Source: Mytilus trossulus (lineage: Eukaryota). From it: a stretch of DNA of 64,000 nt. Location: positions 95,335,630 through 95,399,629 of the forward strand of contig NC_086376.1 of assembly GCF_036588685.1 (NCBI RefSeq), written 5' to 3'. Position numbers and translations under genes: made by a program. Below the pieces are notes generated by a model. It was not told the DNA's origin. It worked only from the letters and a program-made list of their open reading frames with translations, and made no database searches. Position 1 is the first letter of the stretch. Each line of letters starts with the position of its first letter. Below are positions 36,101 to 48,269 of this stretch, piece after piece.

Positions 36101-38182
36101 ATGTTGAAGTGGGGGGGGGGGGGGTATATAATAAGAACTATTTGTCAAAATTTATAAAGTGCTAAATGAAGAACTATTATTTTTTATTGTATACATATTT
36201 TCTTGTCTTTATTTTGAATAGTGAGTTTAATTATTCTTTAACAAAGTTTTACAATTTAATCCGATTCCCGTGACAACAACAGTATTTGCATTATCGAAGG
36301 ATTTCACTATTTTATATAGTTTGGCCCGAGGACATTACAGTAACTACGATTAAAGTGTGATCAGATTAACCCACATAATTCAGTAATATTATATTCGCTG
36401 CATCACAATGTCTCAAGTGGCCTGCAAGTACATGTAAAAGGGGTCGCTTATACCAAGGATTATTTGTATATTTAAATATACAATTCCTTGCTTATACGGA
36501 GGGCTCAATTATTCGGGTTATTATAAGATTGTGGACAATGATAGAAGAAAAAAAGTAAAATCACAAAAATACTGAACTAATAGGAAAATCAATTCGGAAA
36601 ATCCATAATCAAATGGCAAAATAAAAAAACAAAACGCATCAAAAACGAATGGACAAGAACTGTCATATTCCTGACTTGGTACAGGCATTTTCAAATGTAG
36701 AAAATGGTGGATTAAACCTGGTTCTCTAGCGCTAACCCTAGAACACATTATAAAGAACATTTAATAGTTGTTTCATATTGTCAATTTTAAATAAATATAT
36801 AACTGTTGCTTGGACAGTTTTTCACAATATTTGGAACTGTAAACTGTAAAGCAATGTGTAAATAAATCTATATTTATCGAACATGGTATTGCGTTTAAAG
36901 CAGCCCCAGTGTCTGTTATAGACCACATCCATAAAGAACAATGATGTAAGTCCTTATCAGATTGACTTTTTTACCGTATTCCCAAGCATTTTTACCGTAT
37001 TCCCAAGCATTTTCAGAAAGAGGTACAGGATTTTAATTTCCACTACGCTTATCTTTACAATGTTTGGAACTAACCAATGTTATGAGCTGTCTGACTGCCA
37101 AATCAACAGTAACAGGAACTGTTTCTTTTCCAGGACAAACTGGTCGGACATTAGGTCCGTAATCAGCTAACATGTCCGCTGTTAAATTATCTAGCCTGGA
37201 TTGGGAACCTGTAAAGTACATGTGAATAAGTAATGTTATATATCTTCATCGCTGTTAAATCATCTAATGATAGGAAACCTGTACACATGAAGAAATAATG
37301 ATAAGAGGGACGTTCTTTGTAACGACTAATGAAATTATAAAGAAGCAAGACATAACTTATATAATGGCATTGTCAAATTGTGTTTGGTTTATTAGTTTAA
37401 ATATCCATATGATACCTTTGGCATCTGTTTCCCTCAACAGTTCTTCGTTTGAAAATACGAAATCACTAATACAAAAAACGCATTTGATTATTTATGAAAA
37501 TTCAAAACAATTCTCTGCATTTCCAACTCGACTAACAATTCTAAACAAATAGCCCCACTTTTCCATTGATCAACTTGTCAAAGAAATGTAATATTTTGTA
37601 TTTACTATACAATTATGATTTTTATCAAAATGTTTAACCTGTGCAAAAACATTTCTTTTCTTGGAAAATTAAATATGTCTGACTTACCGAAAGAATCTGA
37701 ACTGCCGGAATCATCAGTAGTTTTGTCATTAATAACTTTACAGAAACCTGTCAATATATTGTAACAAATCGTCAAATCAATAGGTACTTCACAAATATAT
37801 ACAGTAGATCATATCAGGGTGTAATACAGGCGATAGCTAAATACAAATAAATTATATAAAATTAACTCTTGAAAATAATATCTCTTGTGGAGAATAAAAG
37901 AAATTAACTAATGAATGAATGTTTGTTTGGTGTTGTGTTTTTTTGGTTTGTGTGTGGGGTTTTTAACATGAAAACAATCACTTTGACACATTCACCATTT
38001 CTTTCTCGATTTTACTCTCATACAATGTGCTAGGCTTATAAAATGTGTGTATGTTTAGTTTTTATGTGTTTTTGTTGATTTTCTTTTGTTTGTTCTTGTT
38101 AATTTTTACAAAATCACTTACCCAAGTTGCAAGTACAGAAATAAACACATAAAATAACGCTTCCAAATTTTACAACATCCAT
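30095..38182 (-). CDS. Nicotinic acetylcholine receptor alpha-type subunit, alpha9/alpha10-like, paralogue 3 (about 460 aa)
   Basis: Exons: 38182-38122 (MDVVKFGSVILCVYFCTCNL), 37747-37688, 37208-37075, 34395-34351, 33615-33506, 32578-32043, 31655-31456, 30331-30095 (stop); total 1383 nt in frame. Cys-loop CPVSVAKFPYDSQIC, loop C YYGCCPEPYPDVT. Confidence 0.93.
30370..31030. repeat. Degenerate low-complexity subrepeat tract (ttgtctg/gtcgt), probable old TE interior
   Basis: Many imperfect gctttgtc/ttgtctg/gtcgt motifs in the last intron of paralogue 3. They generate several overlapping spurious ORFs. Confidence 0.55.
33364..33442. repeat. Near-perfect 79-bp inverted repeat (hairpin)
   Basis: cacaggcacttgtctcaaaaaaaaatttcctatata-ttaagg-tatataggaaattatttttttgagacaagtgcctgtg. 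Confidence 0.85.
34417..36003 (-). mobile_element. 5'-truncated non-LTR retrotransposon (LINE; RTE-X/CR1-L2-like, clade uncertain) in the intron between the 134-nt and 45-nt exons of paralogue 3
   Basis: Uninterrupted RT frame from about 35995 to 34571. Motifs GVKQGEPLSPLLF and LFADD, plus a C-terminal IETGRY..CKCC..EDEYHFVLIC Zn-knuckle. About 130-nt 3' UTR, AATAAA at 34439-34434, (TTCA)n tail. Candidate 6-bp TSD atatga at 34417-34422 and 35998-36003. Confidence 0.92.
34571..35995 (-). CDS. LINE ORF2 fragment (reverse transcriptase plus C-terminal CCHC-type domain), 5'-truncated
   Basis: The 452-aa ORF 34571-35929 extends upstream in frame through YKLLKSGVSGKFITIIKAVYET. There is no endonuclease domain and no native start. 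Confidence 0.85.
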   Translation of the reverse strand, partial: YKLLKSGVSGKFITIIKAVYETVRLRIRTKDGLSDAFVNFLGVKQGEPLSPLLFLFFINDIISDIQVDNNGDIFELNGYLIYLILFADDTVLLAKSPDALQILLDKLSFYCRRWNITVNTDKTKIVVFRNGWKPVTDHFYFEGQELEIVKSYIYLGMLLHFNGKFVQTQKRMAQQGARALSSLINSMKREFIGPIQQCFLFNSMIGSVLNYASEVWGFHRANEVEYVHNRFCRYILNLGKTVPILFLCGELGHFPMCISRKYRIVKYWLHLIKDQPNIVYDVYKVLCIDATNGKTNWASNVRDLLFSLGLNYIWINQDHINVSFDLIKSRINDQYYQSWYASINACEKLSIYKCFKLDFCMENYLQYDFNTNILTKQRSGSLKLYIETGRYDNIPRVNRICKCCKMNNIEDEYHFVLICPAYRSLRCNFLPKYYCSWPNTRKLIFLLQAGSKSLTKNLCNYLKAAWKLRLQIIS

Positions 38183-38519
38183 TCTTATCCAGGCAAAACA
38201 CGAAAATAATCCTTCTCTAAATCTCTATTAAATTGGTTATTTGTAATGGTCAGACAAAACTGTTTAAATGTATAATCTTTGTGACGAAAGGTTATATAAC
38301 TATACTATTGTCAAGTAATCGTCAGGTATTCAAAGTGTTTTCGGTTTTATTGTATTTATATTTTAATTACAAGTGTCATTCTTTGAAGTTGAGCTGACGG
38401 TGTCCATGATTAAATAATGCCAAAAGTTAATTAGTGAAAAGTTGACGGTGTCCTTGATTAAATAATACCAACAATTAATTAGTGAAGACAATTACTTATT
38501 TTTATGTAATTAAAGTATC

Positions 38520-38570
38520 AAAATTAACAAATTAACAAATTAACAAATTAACAAATTAACAAATTAACAA
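38520..38570. repeat. (AAATTAAC)n 8-bp microsatellite
   Basis: About 6 perfect copies. Confidence 0.9.
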
Positions 38571-38984
38571 AGTAAAGTAAATATTGATCTTCATTGTTAA
38601 AGATATCAATACTTAAAAAAAAAAAAAACCATGAGCCTAAATTGAGTATATGAAATATGAAATAAGATAGTGAAAAGAAACTTAATTGACCATGATGAAT
38701 AGGTTTTGTTGGAATTTGTGAAATTTAAAGTATATATCACAACACAAAAATAACGGAAAAAAACACTAAAACGTTTACATTTCCAAGCGAACATTCCATC
38801 AAAGAATTGTCTTCAAACTTGAAATGACAAAAAAGATGTCGCAATTTTCATATATACAAAGACCATATGATGCTTAAGGAGGTTAGAGTGTACAAAAAAT
38901 CAGCAAACATTGTTTTTTTATTTTCATTACAATTTTTTTTTTCACTATTAGCTGTTACTATATGATATGGTACAAAAATCAACA

Positions 38985-39245
38985 AAACAAGAATGTGTCC
39001 CCAGTACACGGATGCCCCACTCGCACCATCATTTTCTATGTTCAGTGGACCGTGAAAATGGGGGTAAAACTCTAATTTGGCATTAAAATTACAAAAATCA
39101 TATATTACGGAAAATGTGTACTGAGTTTCAAGTTGACTACAGCTTCATCACAAACTAACATGACCAAAAACTTTAACTTGAAGCGGCCGGGATAGACGGA
39201 CGAACGGACGGACGAACGAACGAATCGTAGGTTGGGCATAAAAAT
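38985..39245 (+). mobile_element. Helentron-like non-autonomous element (HINE) fragment
   Basis: aacaagaatgtgtcc..gatgccccactcgcac ... gacggacgaacg microsatellite ... gggcataaaa. Reverse-complement homologue of 54838-55287. Confidence 0.65.
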
Positions 39246-40189
39246 GAACTCGTTATAGCCCAAAATGACTTTTAAAACATTTATATCATCGAAATAGCTC
39301 CAAATTATTTCCATTTGGTGAAAAATGCCATTTTTGGGGGCATTAAAACTGAAATAACTTTTTTTACTCATCGGTGACCTATATAATTATATTTGTTTTC
39401 AAATAAACATTTGCTCATTGTTGAAAGCCATACGGTGACCTATAATTGTTATTGTTTGTGTCATTTTGGTCTTTTGTGGATTGTTGTCTCATTGGCAATC
39501 ATACCACATCTTCTTTTTTATATTTACTTACACTAATCACTTAACCAGCGGTTTCTGTAATTTAGTTCTTTTCTATTTCGATATTACTTTTTTTTCTCCT
39601 GTTAATTCAACAGAAAAAAGTACCTTAACAAAAATGCATGCTTCAATCGAAGGCAGATTGTGAGCTTAAATGTCCACAAAAGATTCATGAGTGACGCTCG
39701 AAAAAATAAATAAAAAGGGGCTTCTATTATGAGGAAGTAGTTTGAATTTGACAGTCAAATATAGGGAATACAAATTTGTGATAGAATGAGGGATATAGGT
39801 ATCGAGCCAAGCTTTAGCTCAACGTATTTTCATTCATTCTAATTGATAAGCACTATAGGTTTATGTTATGGAAAATATCATTCTCATTATTTCATTGTTA
39901 GTTTCATTCATTCATTCATAGTTTCGGGCGATAAAATTTCTATAGTTGTCTGTTCATTTTAATTTTTACTTATGTTCAAATCTCGTAACAGGCGTGCTTT
40001 AGAAATACTTTGAATAGATACATAAACCTGTAACATTCAGATATATAAACCTCTATTATCTGGTGAATTTTGATAAAACACTTTAAAATGAAAAATAGAC
40101 ATTTTCTCTAGAATTTTTATTAAAAATATTTAAGCTTGCTGCTGTTGATTCGAATTAAAAGTCGACTTAGTTACGAGAAAATACCTAAA

Positions 40190-42720
40190 CTTATGACCAC
40201 TCAATCTTTCAATCACGCTATCACACTTGCTGTCGCTGATATAAAGACTCATAGAGTTACAAGTAAACCTCTAAGCTGCTTTGCTCATTGTTTAAGGCCG
40301 TACGGTGACCTAAAGTTGTTAATGTTTGTGTCATTTTAGTCTTTAGTGGATAGTTGTCTCATTGGCAATCATACCACATCTTCTTTTTTATATCATTGAG
40401 TTACAAGTAAACTTCTAAGCTATTGACCGCTCCAGCTTTCAATCACGCTATCACACTTGCTGTCACGGATATGAAGACTCATTGAGTTACAATAAGACTT
40501 CTAAGCTATTGACCGCTCCAGCTTTCAATCACGCTATCACACTTGCTGTCGCGGATATGAAGACTCATTGAGTTACAAGAAGACTTCTAAGCTATTGACC
40601 GCTCCAGCTTTCAATCACGCTATCACACTTGCTGTCACGGATATGAAGACTCAATGAGTTACAAGTAAACTTCTAAGCTATTGACCGCTCCAGCTTTCAA
40701 TCACGCTATCACACTTGCTGTCACGGATATGAAGACTCAATGAGTTACAAGTAAACTTCTAAGCTATTGACCGCTCCAGCTTTCAATCATGCTATCACAC
40801 TTGCTTTCACGGATATGAAGACTCAATGAGTTACAAGTAAACTTCTAAGCTATTGACCGCTCCAGCTTTCAATCACGCTATCACACTTGCTGTCACGGAT
40901 ATGAAGACTCAATGAGTTACAAGTAAACTTCTAAGCTATTGACCGCTCCAGCTTTCAATCACGCTATCACACTTGCTGTCAAGGATATGAAGACTCATTG
41001 AGTTACAAGAAGACTTCTAAGCTATTGACCGCTCCAGCTTTCAATCACGCTATCACACTTGCTGTCGCGGATATGAAGACTCATTGAGTTACAAGTAAAC
41101 CTCTAAGCTGTTTTGCTCATTGTTGAAGGCCGTACGGTGACCTAAAGTTGTTAATGTTTGTGTCATTTTAGTCTTTAGTGGATAGTTGTCTCATTGGCAA
41201 TCATACCACATCTTCTTTTTTATATCATTGAGTTACAAGTAAACTTCTAAGCTATTGACCGCTCCAGCTTTCAATCATGCTATCACACTTGCTGTCACGG
41301 ATATGAAGACTCATTGAGTTACAAGAAGACTTCTAAGCTATTGACCGCTCCAGCTTTCAATCACGCTATCACACTTGCTGTCGCGGATATGAAGACTCAT
41401 TGAGTTACAAGAAGACTTCTAAGCTATTGACCGCTCCAGCTTTCAATCATGCTATCACACTTGCTGTCACGGATATGAAGACTCATTGAGTTACAAGAAG
41501 ACTTCTAAGCTATTGACCGCTCCAGCTTTCAATCACGCTATCACACTTGCTGTCACGGATATGAAGACTCAATGAGTTACAAGTAAACTTCTAAGCTATT
41601 GACCGCTCCAGCTTTCAATCACGCTATTACACTTGCTGTCAAGGATATGAAGACTCATTGAGTTACAAGAAGACTTCTAAGCTATTGACCGCTCCAGCTT
41701 TCAATCACGCTATCACACTTGCTGTCGCGGATATGAAGACTCATTGAGTAACAAGTAAACCTCTAAGCTGTTTTGTTCATTGTTGAAGGCCGTACGGTGA
41801 CCTAAAGTTGTTAATGTTTGTGTCATTTTAGTCTTTAGTGGATAGTTGTCTCATTGGCAATCATACCACATCTTCTTTTTTATATCATTGAGTTACAAGT
41901 AAACTTCTAAGCTATTGACCGCTCCAGCTTTCAATCATGCTATCACACTTGCTGTCACGGATATGAAGACTCATTGAGTTACAAGAAGACTTCTAAGCTA
42001 TTGACCGCTCCAGCTTTCAATCACGCTATCACACTTGCTGTCGCGGATATGAAGACTCATTGAGTTACAAGTTAACCTAAAAGCTATTGACCGCTCCATC
42101 TTTCAATCACGCTATCACTCTTGCTGTCACGGATATATAGACTCATTGAGTTACAAGTAAACTTCTAAGCTGTTTTGTTCATTGTTGAAGGCCATACGGT
42201 GACCTAAAGTTGTTAATGTTTGTGTCATTTTAGTCTTTAGTGGATAGTTGTCTCATTGGCAATCATACCACATCTTCTTTTTTATATCATTGAGTTACAA
42301 GTAAACTTCTAAGCTATTGACCGCTCCAGCTTTCAATCATGCTATCACACTTGCTGTCACGGATATGAAGACTCATTGAGTTACAAGAAGACTTCTAAGC
42401 TATTGACCGCTCCAGCTTTCAATCACGCTATCACACTTGCTGTCGCGGATATGAAGACTCATTGAGTTACAAGTTAACCTAAAAGCTATTGGCCGCTCCA
42501 TCTTTCAATCACGCTATCCATCTTGCTGTCACGGATATATAGACTCATTGAGTTACAAGTAAACTTCTAAGCTATTGACCGCTCCAGCTTTCAATCAAAC
42601 TATCACTCGTGCTGTCGATGATGTGAAGACAAGTTGAGTTACAAGTAAACAGCTAAGCTATAGACCGATCCAGCTTTCAATCAAACTATCACACTTGCTG
42701 TCGCTGACGTGAAGACTGCT
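40190..42720. repeat. 86-bp minisatellite (about 24 copies) interspersed with 4 co-amplified family-1 repeat fragments
   Basis: gctatcacacttgctg occurs at 40447, 40533, 40619... (period 86). Family-1 fragments are anchored at 40283, 41115, 41775 and 42177. Confidence 0.95.
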
Positions 42721-43902
42721 GAGTCTCGATAATTTCATTCTTTTAAAAATTTGATATTATACATTTCGTCTAAAGCAAATAATTTGACATATAATAATTA
42801 ATGAATCTTAACATTGTAAAATGCTGTAAAACTTTATCGCAATCTTAAAATGACAAATGCCTCAGGACGCTAACATAAACCATAGATGTAATACCCATTA
42901 CATCTTTGCATAAACAAAGTATTACAATTCATTGTTGATCGGTTTATGTAAACACAGGGAATACAACTTGATTATTACACATGGGTTAGATTTCGTAACG
43001 TACATTATTCATACCCTGTTATTATTTCAGTTATTTATAATTCGCTTTTTCAAAACTAGTAGTAAAACTAAACAAAGAGAATAAATAGTACAAAACATTT
43101 TATAACCAGAGAATAAATAGTACAACATATTATATAAACTGGTAAATATAACAAAGCAGCTGTCAATATATCTTACTCGCCCGCCCGGAGACAAGTTTAC
43201 AACGGTTATGTGTAGTGGGTATTTAGCACATACTTACAACTTCTCGTCCAATCATATTGCTTGTAATTGCCTTCTCCGTTTCACAAGAATACCTTTCCAG
43301 TGTACTAAGGGACGGCATCAAAAGATCGATGTAGGATAAAAAACTTAAATCAAATCGTTTGGGGGTGGGGGTCAACATTGCTGTAAATTTTGTAAATCCA
43401 AAATCGATTTTACATATATCCATATAGGTAAATCAATTTTTCCCAAAGTAAGTTAAGAGGGGGTGTGGGGGTTCAGTGAAAAAACTATGTGAATTTATCC
43501 TACATTAAACTTTTGATGTTGTCCCTAAGTAACTATGCATGAAACGAAGGCTGAAATTTCTTTGTATATGAAAAAGAAAAAAAAATGCAAACGGCTATTT
43601 TTGAATAAAATTGGATGTCCAAAATAAAAAAAAAGTTTTTACCTTGATTTTTATTCATCGTGCCCACATATAGGCCTATATATATTTCTTATAGTTTTTT
43701 TAAGAGATAACCACTGAATTACAGGTTTCTAACTTGGAACAGACACATACATACAGAATGTGGCGCGGTTAAATATGTTAGCGATATCCCAACCCTCCAC
43801 TAACCTGGGATAGAGGTGTAACAGTACAACATAAGAACGACCTTAAAAATCAGTTGAACAAGTCTTATGTTGTACTGTAAAACCGCAGTCCCGGGTGCGG
43901 GA

Positions 43903-44546
43903 TACGGGGCGCCGAATGGGACTCTTGTGGTTTTGTACAAAATTCAATTCTGTCATAACAAAATCATGTTTGTTTTACAAAACTATGTGCTACAGACTTG
44001 TTTTGTGATACGGGGCGCCGAATGGGGGTCTTGTGGTTTTGTACAAAATTCAATTCTGTCATAACAAAATCATTTTTGTCTTTCAAAACTATGTGCTACA
44101 GACTTGTTTTGTGATACGGGGCGCCGAATGTGACTCTTGTGGTTTTGTACAAAATTCAATTCTGTCATAACAAAATCATTTTTGTCTTACAAAACTATGT
44201 GCTGCAGACTTGTTTTGTGATACGGGGCGCCGAATGGGACTCTTGTGGTTTTGTACAAAATTCAATTCTGTCATAACAAAATCATTTTTGTCTTACAAAA
44301 CTATGTGCTACAGACTTGTTTTGTGATACGGGGCGCCGAATGGGACTCTTGTGGTTTTGTACAAAATTCAATTCTGTCATAACAAAATCATTTTTGTCTT
44401 ACAAAACTATGTGCTGTAGACAAAATTCCCGGGTGCGGGATACGGGGCGCCGAATGGGACTCTTGTGGTTTTGTACAAAATTCAATTCTGTCATAACAAA
44501 ATCATGTTTGTTTTACAAAACTATGTGCTACAGACTTGTTTTGTGA
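43903..44546. repeat. Tandem array of the left terminus of the TIR element (106-bp unit)
   Basis: tacggggcgccgaatg starts at 43903, 44009, 44115, 44221, 44327, 44441 and 44547. Confidence 0.9.
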
Positions 44547-45617
44547 TACGGGGCGCCGAATGGGACTCTTGTGGTTTTGTACAAAATTCAATTCTGTCAT
44601 AACAAAATCATTTTTGTCTTACAAAACTATGTGCTGTAGACAAAATTCATTTTTGTCATGACAAAAGTCAATTTTGTCAAAAAGTTATGCAAATATAAAC
44701 TTATTTGCATACAAAATTGACTTTTGTTACCTGATAAGGAAATTAAAACACAAAAGTCAATTGTGTTAGACAAAATTGAGTTTTGTGAGACAAAATTGAG
44801 TTTTGTGAGACAAAATTGAGTTTTGTGCGACAAAATTGAGTTTTGTGAGACAAATTCAATTTTATTAATTTTGTCTCACAAAAGTCGATTTTGTGAAGAC
44901 AAAATTCAATTTTGTGCGACAAAATTCATTTTTGTGACAACAAATTCACTTTTGTGATACAAAATTGACAAAATTGAATTTTGTCTTAATTTTGTGAGAC
45001 AAAATTCAATTTTGTAAATTTTGTGACGACAAAAGTAAATTTTGTGACGACAAAAGTCAATTTTGTGACGACAAAAGTCAATTTTGTGACGACAAAAGTC
45101 AATTTTGTGACGACAAAATTCATTTTTGTGACGACAAAATTTACTTTTGTGAGACAAAATTGACTTTAATGAGACAAAATTGACTTTCGTGAGACAAAAT
45201 TGACAATATTGAATTTTGTCTCTCACAAAAGTCAATTTTTGTTTCTTTTGTTAAACAAAATTGACAAAATTGAATTTTGTCTCAATTTTGTAAGACAAAT
45301 TGAATTTTGTCAATTTTGTCTCACAAAAGTCGATTTTGTATGCAAATTAGTTTACAGAATCCAAACTAAACTAATTTGCATACAAAATTGACTTTTGTCG
45401 CCTTATTTTCAAATTAGACAAGTCTGTGTAACAAAAATGAATTTTGTCATAACGAAAGTGACTTTTGTCCACTGAAAGATAATTTTGTATGACAAAAATT
45501 TTAAATTTGTAGCACGTACAAATCTTGTTAAACTGAACTCATTTTTGTTGAACAAAAGTCACTTTTGTCCGTACAAAACTGAATTTCGAGCACAGGAGTC
45601 CCATTCGGCGCCCCGTA
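44547..45617 (+). mobile_element. Foldback-like non-autonomous TIR element, copy A
   Basis: TIRs TACGGGGCGCCGAATGGGAC / GTCCCATTCGGCGCCCCGTA. The interior is made of acaaaa/ttttgt subrepeats of about 20-30 bp. Confidence 0.85.
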
Positions 45618-45627
45618 GGGTAGGGTG

Positions 45628-46873
45628 TACGGGGCGTCGAATGGGACTCTTGTGGTTTTGTACTCAAAATTCAATTTTGTACGGACAAAAGTGACTTTTG
45701 TTCAACAAAAATGAGTTCAGTTTAACAAAATTTGTATCATACTACAAATTTAAAATTTTGTCATACAAAATTATCTATCAGCGGACAAAAGTCACGTTTG
45801 TCATGACAAAATTCACTTTTGTTACACAGACTTGACTTTTGTTACCTAATTTGAAAATTGGGCGACAAAAGTCAATTTTGTATTCAAATTAGTTTAGTTT
45901 GGTTTCTGTGAACTAATTTGCATACAAAATCGACTTTTGTTACACAAAATTGACTTTTGTGAGACAAAATTGACAAAATTGACTTTTGTGAGACAAAATT
46001 GACAAAATTGACTTTTGTGAGACAAAATTGACCAATTGTGAGACAAAATTGACTTTTGTCTCAACAAAATTGACAAAATTGAATTTTGTCTCAACACAGT
46101 TGATTTTTGACTCACGAAAGTCAATTTTGTCGTCACAAAAATGAATTTTGTCGTCACAAAAATGAATTTTGTCGTCACAAAATTGACTTTTGTCGTCACA
46201 AAATTGACAAAATTGACTTTTGTCTCAACAAAATTGACAAAATTGATTTTTGTCTCAACAAAATTGACAAAATTCACCTTTGTCTCAACAAAATTGACAA
46301 AATTGATTTTTGTCGCAACAAAATTGACAAAAATGACTTTTGTCTCAACAAAATTAAAAAAAATGACTTTTGTCTCAACAAAATTTACAAAATTGAATTT
46401 TGTCTCACAAAATTGAGTTTTGTCTCACAAAAGTCAATTTTGTCTCACAAAAGTTAATTTTGTCTCACAAAATTGAATCTTACCTCACACAATTGACGTT
46501 TGTGATTTAATTTCCATATCAGGTAACAAAAGTCAATTTTGTATGCAAATATGTTTATATTTGCATACCTTTAAGACAAAATTGACTTTTGTCATGACAA
46601 ATATGAATTTTGTCTACAAAAATGAAATTTGTCATGACACAAATGAATTTTGTCTACACAAATGAATTTTGTCTACACAAATGAATTTTGTCTACACAAA
46701 TGAATTTTGTCTACACAAATGAATTTTGTCTACACAAATGAATTTTGTCATCACAAAATTGAATTTCTCACAAAACAAGTCTGTAGCACATAGTTTTGTA
46801 AGACAAAAATGATTTTGTTATGACAGAATTGAATTTTGTACAAAACCACAAGCGTCCCATTCGGCGCCCCGTA
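45628..46873 (-). mobile_element. Foldback-like non-autonomous TIR element, copy B (inverted relative to A)
   Basis: Same TIRs. Its left interior is the reverse complement of A's right interior. It is flanked by GGGTG on both sides (candidate TSD). Confidence 0.85.
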
Positions 46874-47791
46874 GGGTGGGAATCCGGCTTACATGTTTAA
46901 TTTTATGTGTTACATATTTGTTTTTCATTTTTTGTACATAAATTAGGCAGTTATTTTTTTTTGTTTGAATTGTTTTAAATTGTCATTTCGGAGTCTTTTA
47001 AAACTGACGTTGCGGTATGTGCTTTGCTCATTGTTGAAGGCGGTATGGTGACCTTTAGTTGTTAATTTCTATGTCATTTGGTCTCATGTGGAGAGTTGTC
47101 TCATTGGCAATGATACCACAGCTTTTTTTATGTTAACTCTTCAGATGGATACAAATCGAAATACATCAAACAAAAACATAATGGACGTGACATGCAGGAT
47201 ACCTGTAAATTTCAACAACAAGACACTAAGTACAGATCTGAAAGTACTCGCAGTAACTCACAGCTAATTCAAAGCCAAAATTATAGACATATGAGCTGAG
47301 ATGAAATGACATCCGAAAGTTTTTGTGTGTTTTGTTTATGATTTTATTTGACTGGCACTTTATCTTTACCGGAAAGGCAATTTCGATGTACACAAAAGTC
47401 AAACAATGGTTTTAAAGGCAATCGAGAAAATACATTCTATTATACGAGGGTGTGATACACGTTAATACAAGACATAGTTTTATGTCGATAACTTTTTAAT
47501 ATTTAAAAAAGAGACATATTTCTAATGTGAACTAGAACCCACCCATAATATAGCAAACTAAAATATAAAAATCATGTAAAATAAATAAATGATAAAATCT
47601 GATTAAGTCATAGTAGGGTCATACTAATAAAACAAAGGATATATATTAACAAATTATATAGTGCCTTGGGACAAATGTGGCTGATTTGTAATGACATTAG
47701 AATTTTATCTAAAGTTTTGTCTATACTAAGCGTCCAGCCATCCACAAAGATCAGATAAGCAGCAAAGCCTGCAGAAATATTACAAGCGAGC

Positions 47792-47849
47792 ATGTCAGAA
47801 GAGTCAGTCCTGGTGGTGGTGAGCATCAACTTATATCACTGTACTGCAG
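47792..47849 (+). other. Probable upstream exon of the Ig/chitin-binding gene (uORF or alternative signal-peptide exon)
   Basis: ATG at 47792 with -3 A, reading MSEESVLVVVSINLYHCTA, ends at a strong phase-1 donor CAG|GTAAGA. Confidence 0.45.
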
Positions 47850-48269
47850 GTAAGATTGGAAAATTTGATTTAATGAACACTTTTATCCTTTAAAACTATT
47901 TTGAAAAATTATGCGGCTTTTGTGTTGTGAAATATTTAAAGTCAAAACGTACTAAGTTGCTGAAAGTTTTATTTATCTTGTGAAAATATGTTTTCCCTAT
48001 ATTATGTCAATTACATGGAGATTCAAAAGGAATAATATCATTGTAAGCTTAGTTGCGGGTGGTACCTCTTGTCTCAGTACGTGTATGTTCCATGTACAAA
48101 TAGTTTGACTAGTATCGAATATGTTTTTTATACAATACAATGGTGTTTATCACAAATCACATTTTAAATATAGTGACAAAACGCCAAATAAACAAAGTTC
48201 TGAAAATGTGAATACTGATTATACAGACAACAATTGCTCATCTGAATTTCACATTAATCTCGCATGCAA

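Noticed and set aside
40190-42720. CRISPR-like repeat/spacer array
   Set aside because: The inserted pieces are near-identical to each other rather than unique spacers, the units are 86 bp, the context is eukaryotic and there are no cas genes.
43867-46457. ORFs with CRHKIDF / TKLTFVS repeats
   Set aside because: They are artefacts of the short internal subrepeats of the foldback elements and appear on both strands.
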